A DNA stretch of 39,509 bases from an uncultured bacterium (GTDB lineage: Bacteria > Muiribacteriota > UBA6191). Shown one piece after another: positions 18,761 through 27,565 of this stretch (position 1 is its first letter; each line of letters begins with the position of its first letter). The stretch lies in assembly GCA_964650625.1 (NCBI GenBank), contig CAZYUV010000002.1, positions 1-39,509 on the forward strand, given 5' to 3'. Both the position numbers and the translations under genes were made by a program. The notes beneath the pieces are model-generated. The model ran no database searches and was not told the DNA's origin. It was given only the letters and a program-made list of their open reading frames with translations.

Positions 18761-20722
18761 CTAGTCTTCCCAGCTTTCAGGTTCACCTTCCCAGTCCTCT
18801 TCTGCAAACTCGGCGTCAGCTTGCTCTGTCATAGTATCTTGAATATTACCAGTCTCCGAGTTAGTTGTATCAGATAACAGCGTCGTACTATCCGTTGATT
18901 TTACCTCTAAATTTTCCTCAACCGGTGGAGGCACTTCGTTACCCTCACTATCTATCCAAATCTCCCGAGGTGGAGCGATTACAAGTGTTTTGGCACATCT
19001 AAAGCCAATTAGCTCTGATATTGTTTCGGGATTCCTCGCATCACGAATGTAAACAGGATCGGCCGGTTCAGCCCAAGCACCACCTCGTACCACACGTTTA
19101 GTACCCTCCTCAGGTCCTTTTGGATCCTTCGGTTCGGAGTTTGAATAATACTTCGCATCATAATAATCCGACACCCACTCCTTAACTCCACCAAACATAT
19201 TAAATAAACCCTCATCTGTGGAGCCAGCTTTGAAATAATCAACTTCATACAATGTGTCTTCACCAAGCCATTCAAATTCAAATTGAGCAAGTTCAGGGTC
19301 AGGCGAAACATCTCCCCATGGATAGGGTCGCCCTTCGATACCCCGAGCGGCAAATTCCCATTCGGCTTCTGTTGGTAAGCGCTTGTCAAAATATTCACAA
19401 TATTCTTTCGCTTGATTCCAAGTGATGTTCATGATTGGTTGATTCATTATTCGATCAGTAGGTTTACCGTTCTTCCATAGATTATATTCAGGCTTATCAT
19501 TTAATCCAGGAGGGGCTGTTTTAGACTTCTCAACATAATCTAAATAATTTTGATTACTAACCTCATACTGATCCATATAAAAATCCGATAATTCGACCTC
19601 GTGGACAGAACGACAATCAGAACTGCACTCTTCATCTCCCATTGAAAAACTTACCTCTTGAAACAAATACATATTTTCGATTTCAACGATTTCTGATTCA
19701 ACGAGAATTTTTCGTGGCTTTGAATCTATTACCTCCCGTACAACTTTTCGAGACTTTTTCTTCTTCTTTTTTCCAAGCAAGGAATTTTCATATGCCATAT
19801 AACCGCCACCAGCTATTAATGCGAGTAGCAAAAATCCCTTTAAACCTGCGCTATTACCGTTAGCAGTGTTCACAGCTTTGTGTTTAGTAAATGAACGTAG
19901 AGCACAAGCAAATTTCTTAAGATCGGGCCTTTTTTTTGATTTTTTATTCAAGGCCTTTAGTATTAATTTGTCAGCTGCCTTAGGAATACCCTCTAATCCT
20001 AAAGACTTTTCTTCTTTATGTTTTTGCTCTTGTTCATCTCCCAGAAAAGGCGTTTCTCCTTCAAGTAGCTGAAAAAATAAACTAGCCAATTGATAAACTA
20101 AAACTTGTTCAGTAACTTCCAGTGAGGCATTTTCCCAACGTTCAGGAGGAGCATAGTATTTTTGCTGACTCTTGGGATAAAAAGTAGAGTCATCTGCACT
20201 TCCTAAAAGAGGTAAATGCATTACAACAAGATGACCCTCTTTCGTGTACATTAGATCCTGCGGAAAAATTTCAGAAACTGCCATCCCCTCTAAAAGAGCA
20301 CGGCGGTAAATCATTGCAGCTTCAGATATTAGAAAAGCGGCCTCATTAATTGGTACTTGATGATCAATAGAATTTGCTTGCAAACGTCTTGCAGTAATTC
20401 CATTAGGTCTTTCTAAAACTACTACAGGAATTGGATTTTTAATTCCTTCGATACTTACTTTCAGAATCTCCAGAACTTTCTGAAAACCATCGAAGGATAA
20501 GTCACGATATTTCAGAAATTCATTTTCGAAAACCGCAAAGTCTTCATCGGATTTAATTGTTACACCGTGATACACCCTCAGATAAACTCTGGATTTATCA
20601 TCACGATTTAGACCCATATAAATAGTTCCACCCGGAAAATCTCGCATTGGGTCAAGTACACGGTATCGTTTCTGAAAAACCGATTTTCTGGAGACAATTT
20701 TATCTTTGTTTTGCTGCTTCAT
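18761..20722 (-). CDS. Membrane protein: N-terminal degenerate Ser/Thr-kinase-like (pseudokinase) domain, one TM, C-terminal FGE-sulfatase domain, acidic tail
   Basis: The kinase-like fold retains YYAPPERW (APE region). It has VYLRV in place of VAIK, VSEIFPQDLMY in place of HRDLKPxN, and HLPLLG in place of DFG. The TM is GFLLLALIAGGGYMAY. FGE motifs are RLPTEAEWEFAARG, YPWG, RVVRGGAW and IGFRCAK. Confidence 0.6.
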   Translation of the reverse strand: MKQQNKDKIVSRKSVFQKRYRVLDPMRDFPGGTIYMGLNRDDKSRVYLRVYHGVTIKSDEDFAVFENEFLKYRDLSFDGFQKVLEILKVSIEGIKNPIPVVVLERPNGITARRLQANSIDHQVPINEAAFLISEAAMIYRRALLEGMAVSEIFPQDLMYTKEGHLVVMHLPLLGSADDSTFYPKSQQKYYAPPERWENASLEVTEQVLVYQLASLFFQLLEGETPFLGDEQEQKHKEEKSLGLEGIPKAADKLILKALNKKSKKRPDLKKFACALRSFTKHKAVNTANGNSAGLKGFLLLALIAGGGYMAYENSLLGKKKKKKSRKVVREVIDSKPRKILVESEIVEIENMYLFQEVSFSMGDEECSSDCRSVHEVELSDFYMDQYEVSNQNYLDYVEKSKTAPPGLNDKPEYNLWKNGKPTDRIMNQPIMNITWNQAKEYCEYFDKRLPTEAEWEFAARGIEGRPYPWGDVSPDPELAQFEFEWLGEDTLYEVDYFKAGSTDEGLFNMFGGVKEWVSDYYDAKYYSNSEPKDPKGPEEGTKRVVRGGAWAEPADPVYIRDARNPETISELIGFRCAKTLVIAPPREIWIDSEGNEVPPPVEENLEVKSTDSTTLLSDTTNSETGNIQDTMTEQADAEFAEEDWEGEPESWED

Positions 20723-20975
20723 AGTCTCAAACTTAATTATAGACCTAAGCGCAAGTCATTGAAAAATTCACAGGTCATTACCCCTTCAAAACATCTCACA
20801 ATAGGGAATTTTTGTGGAGTGTCAGTGATCAAATTCAAATTTGAACAAAAAAAAACTTCGATACACAAAAATTAGCGTCGATATACCAATTGAAATAATA
20901 ACAACTCGTAAACAACGAGAAAAACGTCAGTAAGAAATCGAAAAGCAGCAAACGGATTTGCTGTAGAGGTGTAAC

Positions 20976-21983
20976 ATGGATGTATCTATAAATCTCTCCA
21001 ACCATTCTTTTGAATGGCAAAATCAAGCTGAAATTGAGCCCTTAAAAAAAGTCCACGAAATCGCACAGTCAGTACAATCTGAAAATCATTTTTCGGTACA
21101 GGATAAACTACAAGTCAGAGTGCAGCCGGGTGGATTAACTGATACTGAAATTATGGAATATTTCGAAAAAAATCAGAATCATGGCTTACAAAAACAACGA
21201 TTAGAAGATCTAAAGAATCAACTGACAGACAATGATCAATTTGATAGATCCACTTTTGTTCGACTTCATAATTTATCTGACTCTGAGAAAGAGGCTGAGA
21301 TTCGTCAAATGTTACATGAACTCGAACAAGCTCGTGACCTAGAGAAAATAATTTTCGGAGAATCAAATGACTCTAACGATACCCATACAATAAATCAAAT
21401 AGTAAATCATGAAATTAAATTCGAGATACAGGGAGAAACAATCGAATTAGAAAAAAGAAATCTACAAGTAGACCTAACAAACAAAGAGTTTTCTATACGA
21501 CGCGAAGCAGACCCACTGGTTTTAGATTTGGGAGATGATGGAGTTCAAACAACAGGTATTGATGATGGAGTTAGATTTGATCTTAATGGAGATAAAGCAA
21601 TAGAACAAAGTTCCTTTGTAAAAGGAAACGACTACGCATTAGCCCTAGATAAAAACCAGAATGGCCAAATTGATTCTGGAAGAGAACTTTTTGGCGATCA
21701 GAACGGAGCCAAAGATGGTATTGAGGAACTCAAGAAATACGATGAAAATAAAGATGGAAAAATTGATAAAAATGACAGCATATTTTTTTCATTAATGTTA
21801 GTTAATTCCGATCGAATGCCAAAAAGTCTTATTCAAGCGGGAGTTGACTCTATAGATCTTGAACGCATAAGAGAATCTGGTTTCACATCTAGTGGAGATC
21901 GTATCAAGGATGGATTAAAAGTTAATATGACTAATGGAAGTACTCGCAATGCTTTCGACGTATACTTTCAATACAGGAACTAA
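20976..21983 (+). CDS. Calcium-binding protein with the RTX-adhesin-type PLVLDL-GDDG...ELFG module and EF-hand-like DxDxDG loops
   Basis: DPLVLDLGDDGVQTTGIDDGVRFDLNGDK...ALALDKNQNGQIDSGRELFGD and YDENKDGKIDKNDSIF. There is no N-terminal signal peptide. A GAGGTG RBS lies 5 nt upstream of the ATG. Confidence 0.55.
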   Translation: MDVSINLSNHSFEWQNQAEIEPLKKVHEIAQSVQSENHFSVQDKLQVRVQPGGLTDTEIMEYFEKNQNHGLQKQRLEDLKNQLTDNDQFDRSTFVRLHNLSDSEKEAEIRQMLHELEQARDLEKIIFGESNDSNDTHTINQIVNHEIKFEIQGETIELEKRNLQVDLTNKEFSIRREADPLVLDLGDDGVQTTGIDDGVRFDLNGDKAIEQSSFVKGNDYALALDKNQNGQIDSGRELFGDQNGAKDGIEELKKYDENKDGKIDKNDSIFFSLMLVNSDRMPKSLIQAGVDSIDLERIRESGFTSSGDRIKDGLKVNMTNGSTRNAFDVYFQYRN

Positions 21984-21984
21984 T

Positions 21985-22446
21985 TTAATTTCTAGGCCGT
22001 TGACGATCTTTGCTATCTAGCAAAATAGTTACGGGTCCATCATTCACTAGACTAACATTCATCTTGGCTCCAAATGTACCAGTTTTAACTGGTATTCCAC
22101 TTTGCTTAAATTTCTCTACTGCCAATTCGTAGTACTCTAAACCTTTGGAAGGATTTGCTGCTTTATTAAAAGACGGTCTGTTACCCTTTCGAGTGTCTGC
22201 TAGCAAAGTAAATTGAGAGACAATCAATAAAGAACCATTAACTTGTTGGATATTCAAGTTCATCTTATCTGCGCTATCAGAGAAAATTCTCAATCCAATT
22301 ATTTTTTTAACTAGGTAATCGAGATCTTCCTTGGCATCCTCTTCTTCCACTCCAAGTAAAATAAGAAAGCCATGCTCAATCTCGCCAGTAATTGATAGGT
22401 CAACTTCAACTCTGGCAGAAGAGACTCTTTGAATTAAAGCTTTCAT
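21985..22446 (-). CDS. dtd: D-aminoacyl-tRNA deacylase
   Basis: MKALIQRV N-terminus and the SQFTLLADTRKGNRPSF signature. 153 aa. Confidence 0.9.
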   Translation of the reverse strand: MKALIQRVSSARVEVDLSITGEIEHGFLILLGVEEEDAKEDLDYLVKKIIGLRIFSDSADKMNLNIQQVNGSLLIVSQFTLLADTRKGNRPSFNKAANPSKGLEYYELAVEKFKQSGIPVKTGTFGAKMNVSLVNDGPVTILLDSKDRQRPRN

Positions 22447-22449
22447 ATC

Positions 22450-23649
22450 TTAAAAAACCGCATTGAGTTGTAATCCAAACAAATTATCTTTAACACTCTC
22501 ATTATTAGAATTATTATTCTGCACAAAAAACTTAGTTAAAATATCTTCGTTTAGATAGTAACCTAGGCCAAACTCCAGTCGATCAATATCCTCATCCCAG
22601 GATGTATTACTGCCATTAATAGGAGAAACATCTCCAAAAATTAAACCACCAATTCGCATTGCACCATAGAATCTATGCTCCCAAAAATATTGCGCTTCCA
22701 AATAGTAACCCGTTGTTTCAAGGTCCTCGCTAATTCTTGGAGACTCAAATTTGTTAAAAATAACTTCTGCATTCAAATTCCAATTTTCTCGTTTGTAAGA
22801 ATAATCTAGGCCAATTAATTGCTGAAGGTAATCTCCGGACGAAAATCCATCCGGAAACGGTACGCGATTATCTAAATAGCTTCCCGCTGCAAAATTTAGT
22901 CCATAGCGCGAATGTTTACTTCCAGCATAAGCTAATTTAACAAAAAAGTTTTTATGTTTACTGGTGGAAATATTTTCAGGATTACTCAATGAATTATTAC
23001 TTATTCCAAAGTAATAATCTACGTTATTCTTTCGCGAAAAATACATTAGCCCAGTAGGATAATCAGGACTTAATAGTGGCATACCATCCACACTAGATTG
23101 ATTGGAAACGCCATCGATTATATTATTACGTGAATGCGTCATATTTCTAATAACACTATTCTTTAAGTTTAAAATTTCAGTAGTATTAGTAGGGTAACTG
23201 TCGGAACGTAAATTAGTTCTGTAATCGTAAATTAATGGATTTCCATAGAGTGGGTTGAATTGCGCATGTTTACGACGTATAAAATTACCAATAGGATTTA
23301 CTATCTTTCCAACATCTAAAATGTTCCCACGCCCAAAAGCATTCTGAAAACGTAAATACGCCAACTCTAAAGTTGGGTTGGAATCTCCATCCCAATCCAT
23401 CTGAGCTGAAAAAACGGTATCTCCTGATAATTCACTATCAAGGTAAATTTCCAAACTTCTAAGATCAAAACTCGCCATACCCTCGATATTGCGAGAACCG
23501 CTAATAAAATGAGATCTTTGATTTTCTGTATCTAGAAAATCCACTGCTACACTACCTGAAAAATTTACATCTTCAAATTTGCAATGAGCAGTAACTGTGA
23601 GAATTAATAAACCTATTATTAGCCTGATGTAAAGCATAGCTTTCTCCAA
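22450..23649 (-). CDS. Outer-membrane beta-barrel protein (porin-like), unknown family
   Basis: N-terminal signal peptide (LYIRLIIGLLILTVTAHC). The sequence shows alternating aromatic/small residue patterns and many Y/G/N residues, and ends in a C-terminal ...LQLNAVF with a terminal Phe. It lies 3 nt upstream of dtd, suggesting an operon. Confidence 0.5.
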   Translation of the reverse strand: MEKAMLYIRLIIGLLILTVTAHCKFEDVNFSGSVAVDFLDTENQRSHFISGSRNIEGMASFDLRSLEIYLDSELSGDTVFSAQMDWDGDSNPTLELAYLRFQNAFGRGNILDVGKIVNPIGNFIRRKHAQFNPLYGNPLIYDYRTNLRSDSYPTNTTEILNLKNSVIRNMTHSRNNIIDGVSNQSSVDGMPLLSPDYPTGLMYFSRKNNVDYYFGISNNSLSNPENISTSKHKNFFVKLAYAGSKHSRYGLNFAAGSYLDNRVPFPDGFSSGDYLQQLIGLDYSYKRENWNLNAEVIFNKFESPRISEDLETTGYYLEAQYFWEHRFYGAMRIGGLIFGDVSPINGSNTSWDEDIDRLEFGLGYYLNEDILTKFFVQNNNSNNESVKDNLFGLQLNAVF

Positions 23650-23765
23650 GTAACATCAGTAAGGTACCTCTGTGGAATTTTAATAAACCTTCTGATCCGA
23701 AATATTGCTTAACCAACTGAAGAAAATCGCAGATTGTTAAAGCATCAATTCAATTATTAAATCGT

Positions 23766-26714
23766 CTATTCTTGATCAAAAATTAATTTTGTCTGGCAAC
23801 CTTTTCCCGAGACTATTTGAATACTTAAAACGCCGCCATGTTGCTCTAGTATGCGTTTGGCTACGTGAAGGCCCAAACCTAATCGCCCTTTGTGCGTACT
23901 AAAGCCTGCATTGATTACTTCATTACCCATATTTTTAGAAGAATTTGAAGAATTATCTTGAAAAACAAATTCCAGTTTCTTTCGTTTGCTTTTCTCGTCA
24001 TTAAATACTCTCGATTTGAGTTTCAGCGCTCCACCTTTACCTAGAAACTCTAGATGGTTTTCCAAGACTAAAATAAAAGCTTTTTTAAGAACAGACCAAT
24101 CGGCAGAATGTAAGAATTTAACTTCTTTCACATCCTTAGAAAACTTTATAGATTTCGGATCAATATTGCTGTTGATTCGCTCTGAAAGGTTAAAACAAAT
24201 CTTCGGGATTTTATTGTAAACGTCTTTGATAACAGCTTGCTGTAAAGGGATAGTTTTTTTAGAAACCTCAATAGCGTCATTACTTAATTTGATTAGTTCT
24301 AAACTGTACTCAAGTTTCTCAAACAAACGCTTAATATGAACCTTTAATCCGTCCGGACTTACGGTTTGCATGGATTTTAAATTATTCGCCGCTTCACGTA
24401 GAAGACCTGTTGCATCGGGAGTACTCAAACTAGTATTGTCCATTACATTCGTCTTGCCAAAACTTTTTAGTTCCGTCAGAATTTCATGAAATACCTTTGT
24501 ATCAAAAGACTGACTAATTCGACTAGTTGACTCCAAGCCAGTCGAAATACCGGCTTCATTAGCTTCCATTTTATCTAATTCGGCTTCCATAGAAACTACG
24601 TCATCCGATAAAAAGAACGGTGGTATCTGGCCGGGCATTCCAGGAACATACTTACCTTCTTTCTTACGATTATAAAGTTCTTTTGTAGTAAGTTTCCACG
24701 TACCTGATCTGATTAATATTTCATCAATCAAATCTTCCTCTCCTTCGGTCGCAGCCAGTTTATCTTCATTCACCGTCAGACGATTTACTTCCTCTATTGA
24801 AGAAACACCTTGCAGCGCACGAATTAAACCTGAATCACGCAATGACATCATGCCATCTTCCTTGGCAATGCGCTTTAGTTCTATGGTAGATAAACCCTTA
24901 TTAACCGCAATCGCCATATTTTCAGTCATTTTCATGACTTCATGAATAGCTAAACGTCCCTTGTATCCATTACCAAGGCATTCTTTGCAGCCCTTGCCTT
25001 TGTATAATGACAAGTTATCGATATTCATACCAGAGGCACCATCGAAAGCCATTAAACGATCATTAAAACCCGTAGCAATCAACTCGCGCTTCGAAAGCTT
25101 ATCAATTTGTTTACAATTTTCGCACAGACGACGCATTAATCTTTGAGCAAGAATTACTCGAACTGCTGAAGTAATTAAAAATCTATCAATCCCCATATTT
25201 AGCATTCTACCTATGGATTCGACAGCAGAATTGGTATGTAGGGTAGACAACACAAGATGACCAGTTAAAGCTGCTTTTAATGCAATTTGAGCGGTTTCCA
25301 TATCCCGAATTTCACCAATTAAAATAATATCCGGATCTTGACGCAAAAAAGCCTTAAGCACTTTACCAAAAGTCATGCCTATTTCGGGAATACATGCAGA
25401 CTGTGCTATACCGGGCAAATCATATTCAACTGGATCTTCGGCTGTTTGAATGTTTACTGAAGGTTTATTCAGTGAAACTAGAGAAGAATACAAAGTCGTA
25501 GTTTTACCTGATCCAGTAGGTCCCGTTACCAGTAAGATTCCATTGGGAGAGTCCAATCCATACTGCAACAAATCATAATTTTCTTTATCTAAGCCGAGTG
25601 AATTCAATCGTAACCGACTACCTGATTGATCAAGAATTCGCATAACAATTTTCTCGCCCCAAGATACTGGACACGTGGACACACGAACATCAACAACTTT
25701 ACCTTTCAGCGACATTCTGAACTTGCCATCTTGGGGCATGCGGACTTCCGAAATTTCAAGTCCTGCCATCACCTTTATTCTAGAAGAAATAGGACCGGCC
25801 AGCTTAGATGGAAAAGGACCAGCACCTTTACGTAACATGCCATCAATTCTGTATCGCATAAGCAACTGGTGCTCAAATGGTTCAATGTGGATATCTGAGG
25901 TGCCTTGCTCAACTGCTGAAGTCACCACTTTGTTCATTAGCGTTTTAATGGGAGCGGAGTTTTCATCGAAGTCTTCACTTGCCATTTCTTCCAAAGTACT
26001 ATCTTCCGCTTCATCGATCATTTCAATCAAACTGTCCGCCATGGCACCTTCACCATAGTGAGCTTCATAGCTATTCTTGAAATCTTTCTCTGAAACGATC
26101 ATAGGAACCACGCGTAATCCCGTAGACATTTCAATATCATCTACAACTAAAATGTTCTGAGGATCTACCATGGCTACAAAAAGTTGATTATCCTCAAGTT
26201 TCACCGGCATAACCATGTGTTTCTGAGCCATTTTTGCTGGAATTTTATCCATAATCAGTGGGTCTGGAGGTGTTTTAGAAAGCTTAATATAAGGAATCAT
26301 TAGCTGCTCGCCTACTGACTTAGCTAATTCATCATCAGTTACTATGCCTAGTTGAACTAATGCCTCGCCGATCCGAACACCATGAGCAACAGAAAACTCT
26401 AACGCTCCTGCAAGTTGTTCTTCAGTGAGAACACCAGCAGCCCGTAAAATATCTCCAAGTCGGCGCTTTTTGCCCGTCCTTTTTTTCTGAATCTTTTTTA
26501 TAGCTGCTTGGTCTTGAAGAGCAATTTTTAATTGAGGTTGTGATATATGGCCAAGCTCTAAAAGAACTAGACCTAATGGCTCCTCTCGATTTTGAGAAAC
26601 TTCGAGAGCTTCTTCCAACTGGTCTATGCTTATAAAGCCTTTATCTTTAAGAATTTCCCCGAGTGGAATTTCTTTATTTTGTAATTGCTGCCTAAGGTGT
26701 CGATCTATTTCCAT
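23766..26714 (-). CDS. PilB/GspE/MshE-family secretion ATPase with duplicated N-terminal MshEN modules and a C-terminal histidine-kinase-like (HATPase_c/GHKL) domain
   Basis: Walker A is VTGPTGSGKTTT. Other core motifs are DPDIILIGEIRDMETAQIA, GHLVLSTLHTNSA and the tetra-Cys motif CENC...CKEC. Four LGxxLxxxGxIxxxxLxxxLxxQ motifs lie in aa 17-137. The C-terminal ~330 aa end in N-box-like LVLENHLEF and G2-box GRLGLGLHVAKRILEQHGG. Confidence 0.8.
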   Translation of the reverse strand: MEIDRHLRQQLQNKEIPLGEILKDKGFISIDQLEEALEVSQNREEPLGLVLLELGHISQPQLKIALQDQAAIKKIQKKRTGKKRRLGDILRAAGVLTEEQLAGALEFSVAHGVRIGEALVQLGIVTDDELAKSVGEQLMIPYIKLSKTPPDPLIMDKIPAKMAQKHMVMPVKLEDNQLFVAMVDPQNILVVDDIEMSTGLRVVPMIVSEKDFKNSYEAHYGEGAMADSLIEMIDEAEDSTLEEMASEDFDENSAPIKTLMNKVVTSAVEQGTSDIHIEPFEHQLLMRYRIDGMLRKGAGPFPSKLAGPISSRIKVMAGLEISEVRMPQDGKFRMSLKGKVVDVRVSTCPVSWGEKIVMRILDQSGSRLRLNSLGLDKENYDLLQYGLDSPNGILLVTGPTGSGKTTTLYSSLVSLNKPSVNIQTAEDPVEYDLPGIAQSACIPEIGMTFGKVLKAFLRQDPDIILIGEIRDMETAQIALKAALTGHLVLSTLHTNSAVESIGRMLNMGIDRFLITSAVRVILAQRLMRRLCENCKQIDKLSKRELIATGFNDRLMAFDGASGMNIDNLSLYKGKGCKECLGNGYKGRLAIHEVMKMTENMAIAVNKGLSTIELKRIAKEDGMMSLRDSGLIRALQGVSSIEEVNRLTVNEDKLAATEGEEDLIDEILIRSGTWKLTTKELYNRKKEGKYVPGMPGQIPPFFLSDDVVSMEAELDKMEANEAGISTGLESTSRISQSFDTKVFHEILTELKSFGKTNVMDNTSLSTPDATGLLREAANNLKSMQTVSPDGLKVHIKRLFEKLEYSLELIKLSNDAIEVSKKTIPLQQAVIKDVYNKIPKICFNLSERINSNIDPKSIKFSKDVKEVKFLHSADWSVLKKAFILVLENHLEFLGKGGALKLKSRVFNDEKSKRKKLEFVFQDNSSNSSKNMGNEVINAGFSTHKGRLGLGLHVAKRILEQHGGVLSIQIVSGKGCQTKLIFDQE

Positions 26715-27074
26715 AAAATTTCTGAAGATGCAAGATTAATGCAGATTTTATCAAATATAACTGTTCTTTTGGGATATTATCGGATACAAAGGACTTGTGC
26801 TTATTTATTGCAATCAAATATCTAAATCCATCTTACAGCCTCTTACAGATGATATTTCAGTAAGCACACCATCCAATCTACATTTTAAAATAATTTGAAT
26901 TTGTTATTGGAAAGCAAACCGATAGATATATACTCAACACGTAAAAAAATCTCACCCATACTTTGAATCTCATCGTAAGATTTTTGAAAATAATATTTCG
27001 AAATATAGCGATTTAAATGACCTTCTAACTAAAATAAATTAGCTAGACTAGCCGTTGTCTTTCGGTCAAAAACT

Positions 27075-27092
27075 ATTAGATTTAAATCTAAT
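27075..27092. repeat. Perfect 18-bp palindrome ATTAGATTTAAATCTAAT in a long intergenic region
   Basis: Read directly: ATTAGATTT (27075-27083) is the exact reverse complement of AAATCTAAT (27084-27092). Function unknown. Confidence 0.9.
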
Positions 27093-27447
27093 TTTTAAAG
27101 TATTTTCGATATTAATCCATCTTCTTGGCGAATTAAAGCTAGCGACAACTATAAAATAGTTACCTCAATATAAATATGATCCTAAGCTAACCCTATTGCA
27201 TAACAAATAGCGTGAGCACTGTTAGTAGTTAACTCCTCACTCTCGATGTTCATTCCTACTGTCAGTATTGAACCGAATAATTAAGGGTATTTAACCAAGA
27301 TTTAAAAGCGGCATCAAAAAGTATTTAGATAAGAAAAATTCCAAAATTTAATATTTTTTTTGAGAAAAAAACCGATCAAAATCGTAGTTTATAAGTTAAT
27401 TTTTAATATTTTTTTTTGCTTAAAAAAGGTTTTTTTAAATTATTAAA

Positions 27448-27503
27448 TTGACAAAGATAGCTAATACCCTTATCAATAAGGACGATATTAAGGTTAGCTA
27501 TCT
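27448..27503 (+). promoter_or_regulatory. Putative sigma70-type promoter with overlapping 10-bp inverted repeat (candidate operator) upstream of the HTH gene
   Basis: TTGACA (27448-27453), a 17-nt spacer, then TATCAA (27471-27476). The perfect inverted repeat AGATAGCTAA (27455-27464) / TTAGCTATCT (27494-27503) straddles the -10 and the predicted start site. An AAGGAG RBS at 27554-27559 precedes the ATG at 27566. Confidence 0.4.
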
Positions 27504-27565
27504 ATATATTGGATTTATAAAGTTCATATAAATAAAAACCTAGTAATTAACTTAAGGAGTTAAAA

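Noticed and set aside
20835-21026. 63-aa minus-strand ORF in the divergent promoter region between the pseudokinase and the Ca-binding gene
   Set aside because: It is Phe/Leu-rich, overlaps the RBS and start of the 20976 gene, and has no RBS of its own. It is most likely non-coding promoter DNA.
21981-21987. Convergent genes (Ca-binding protein and dtd) whose stop codons are separated by a single nucleotide
   Set aside because: The arrangement is real, but it is a common compaction feature in bacterial genomes. No hairpin or other signal is associated with it.
25626-26058. Plus-strand ORFs of 61-127 aa inside the PilB-like gene (23986-24219, 24961-25146, 25626-25835, 25675-26058)
   Set aside because: They are antisense to the most conserved part of a secretion ATPase (Walker A, Asp/His boxes). 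Their translations are Ser/Pro/Thr-rich with no recognisable domain, so they are treated as frame artefacts.
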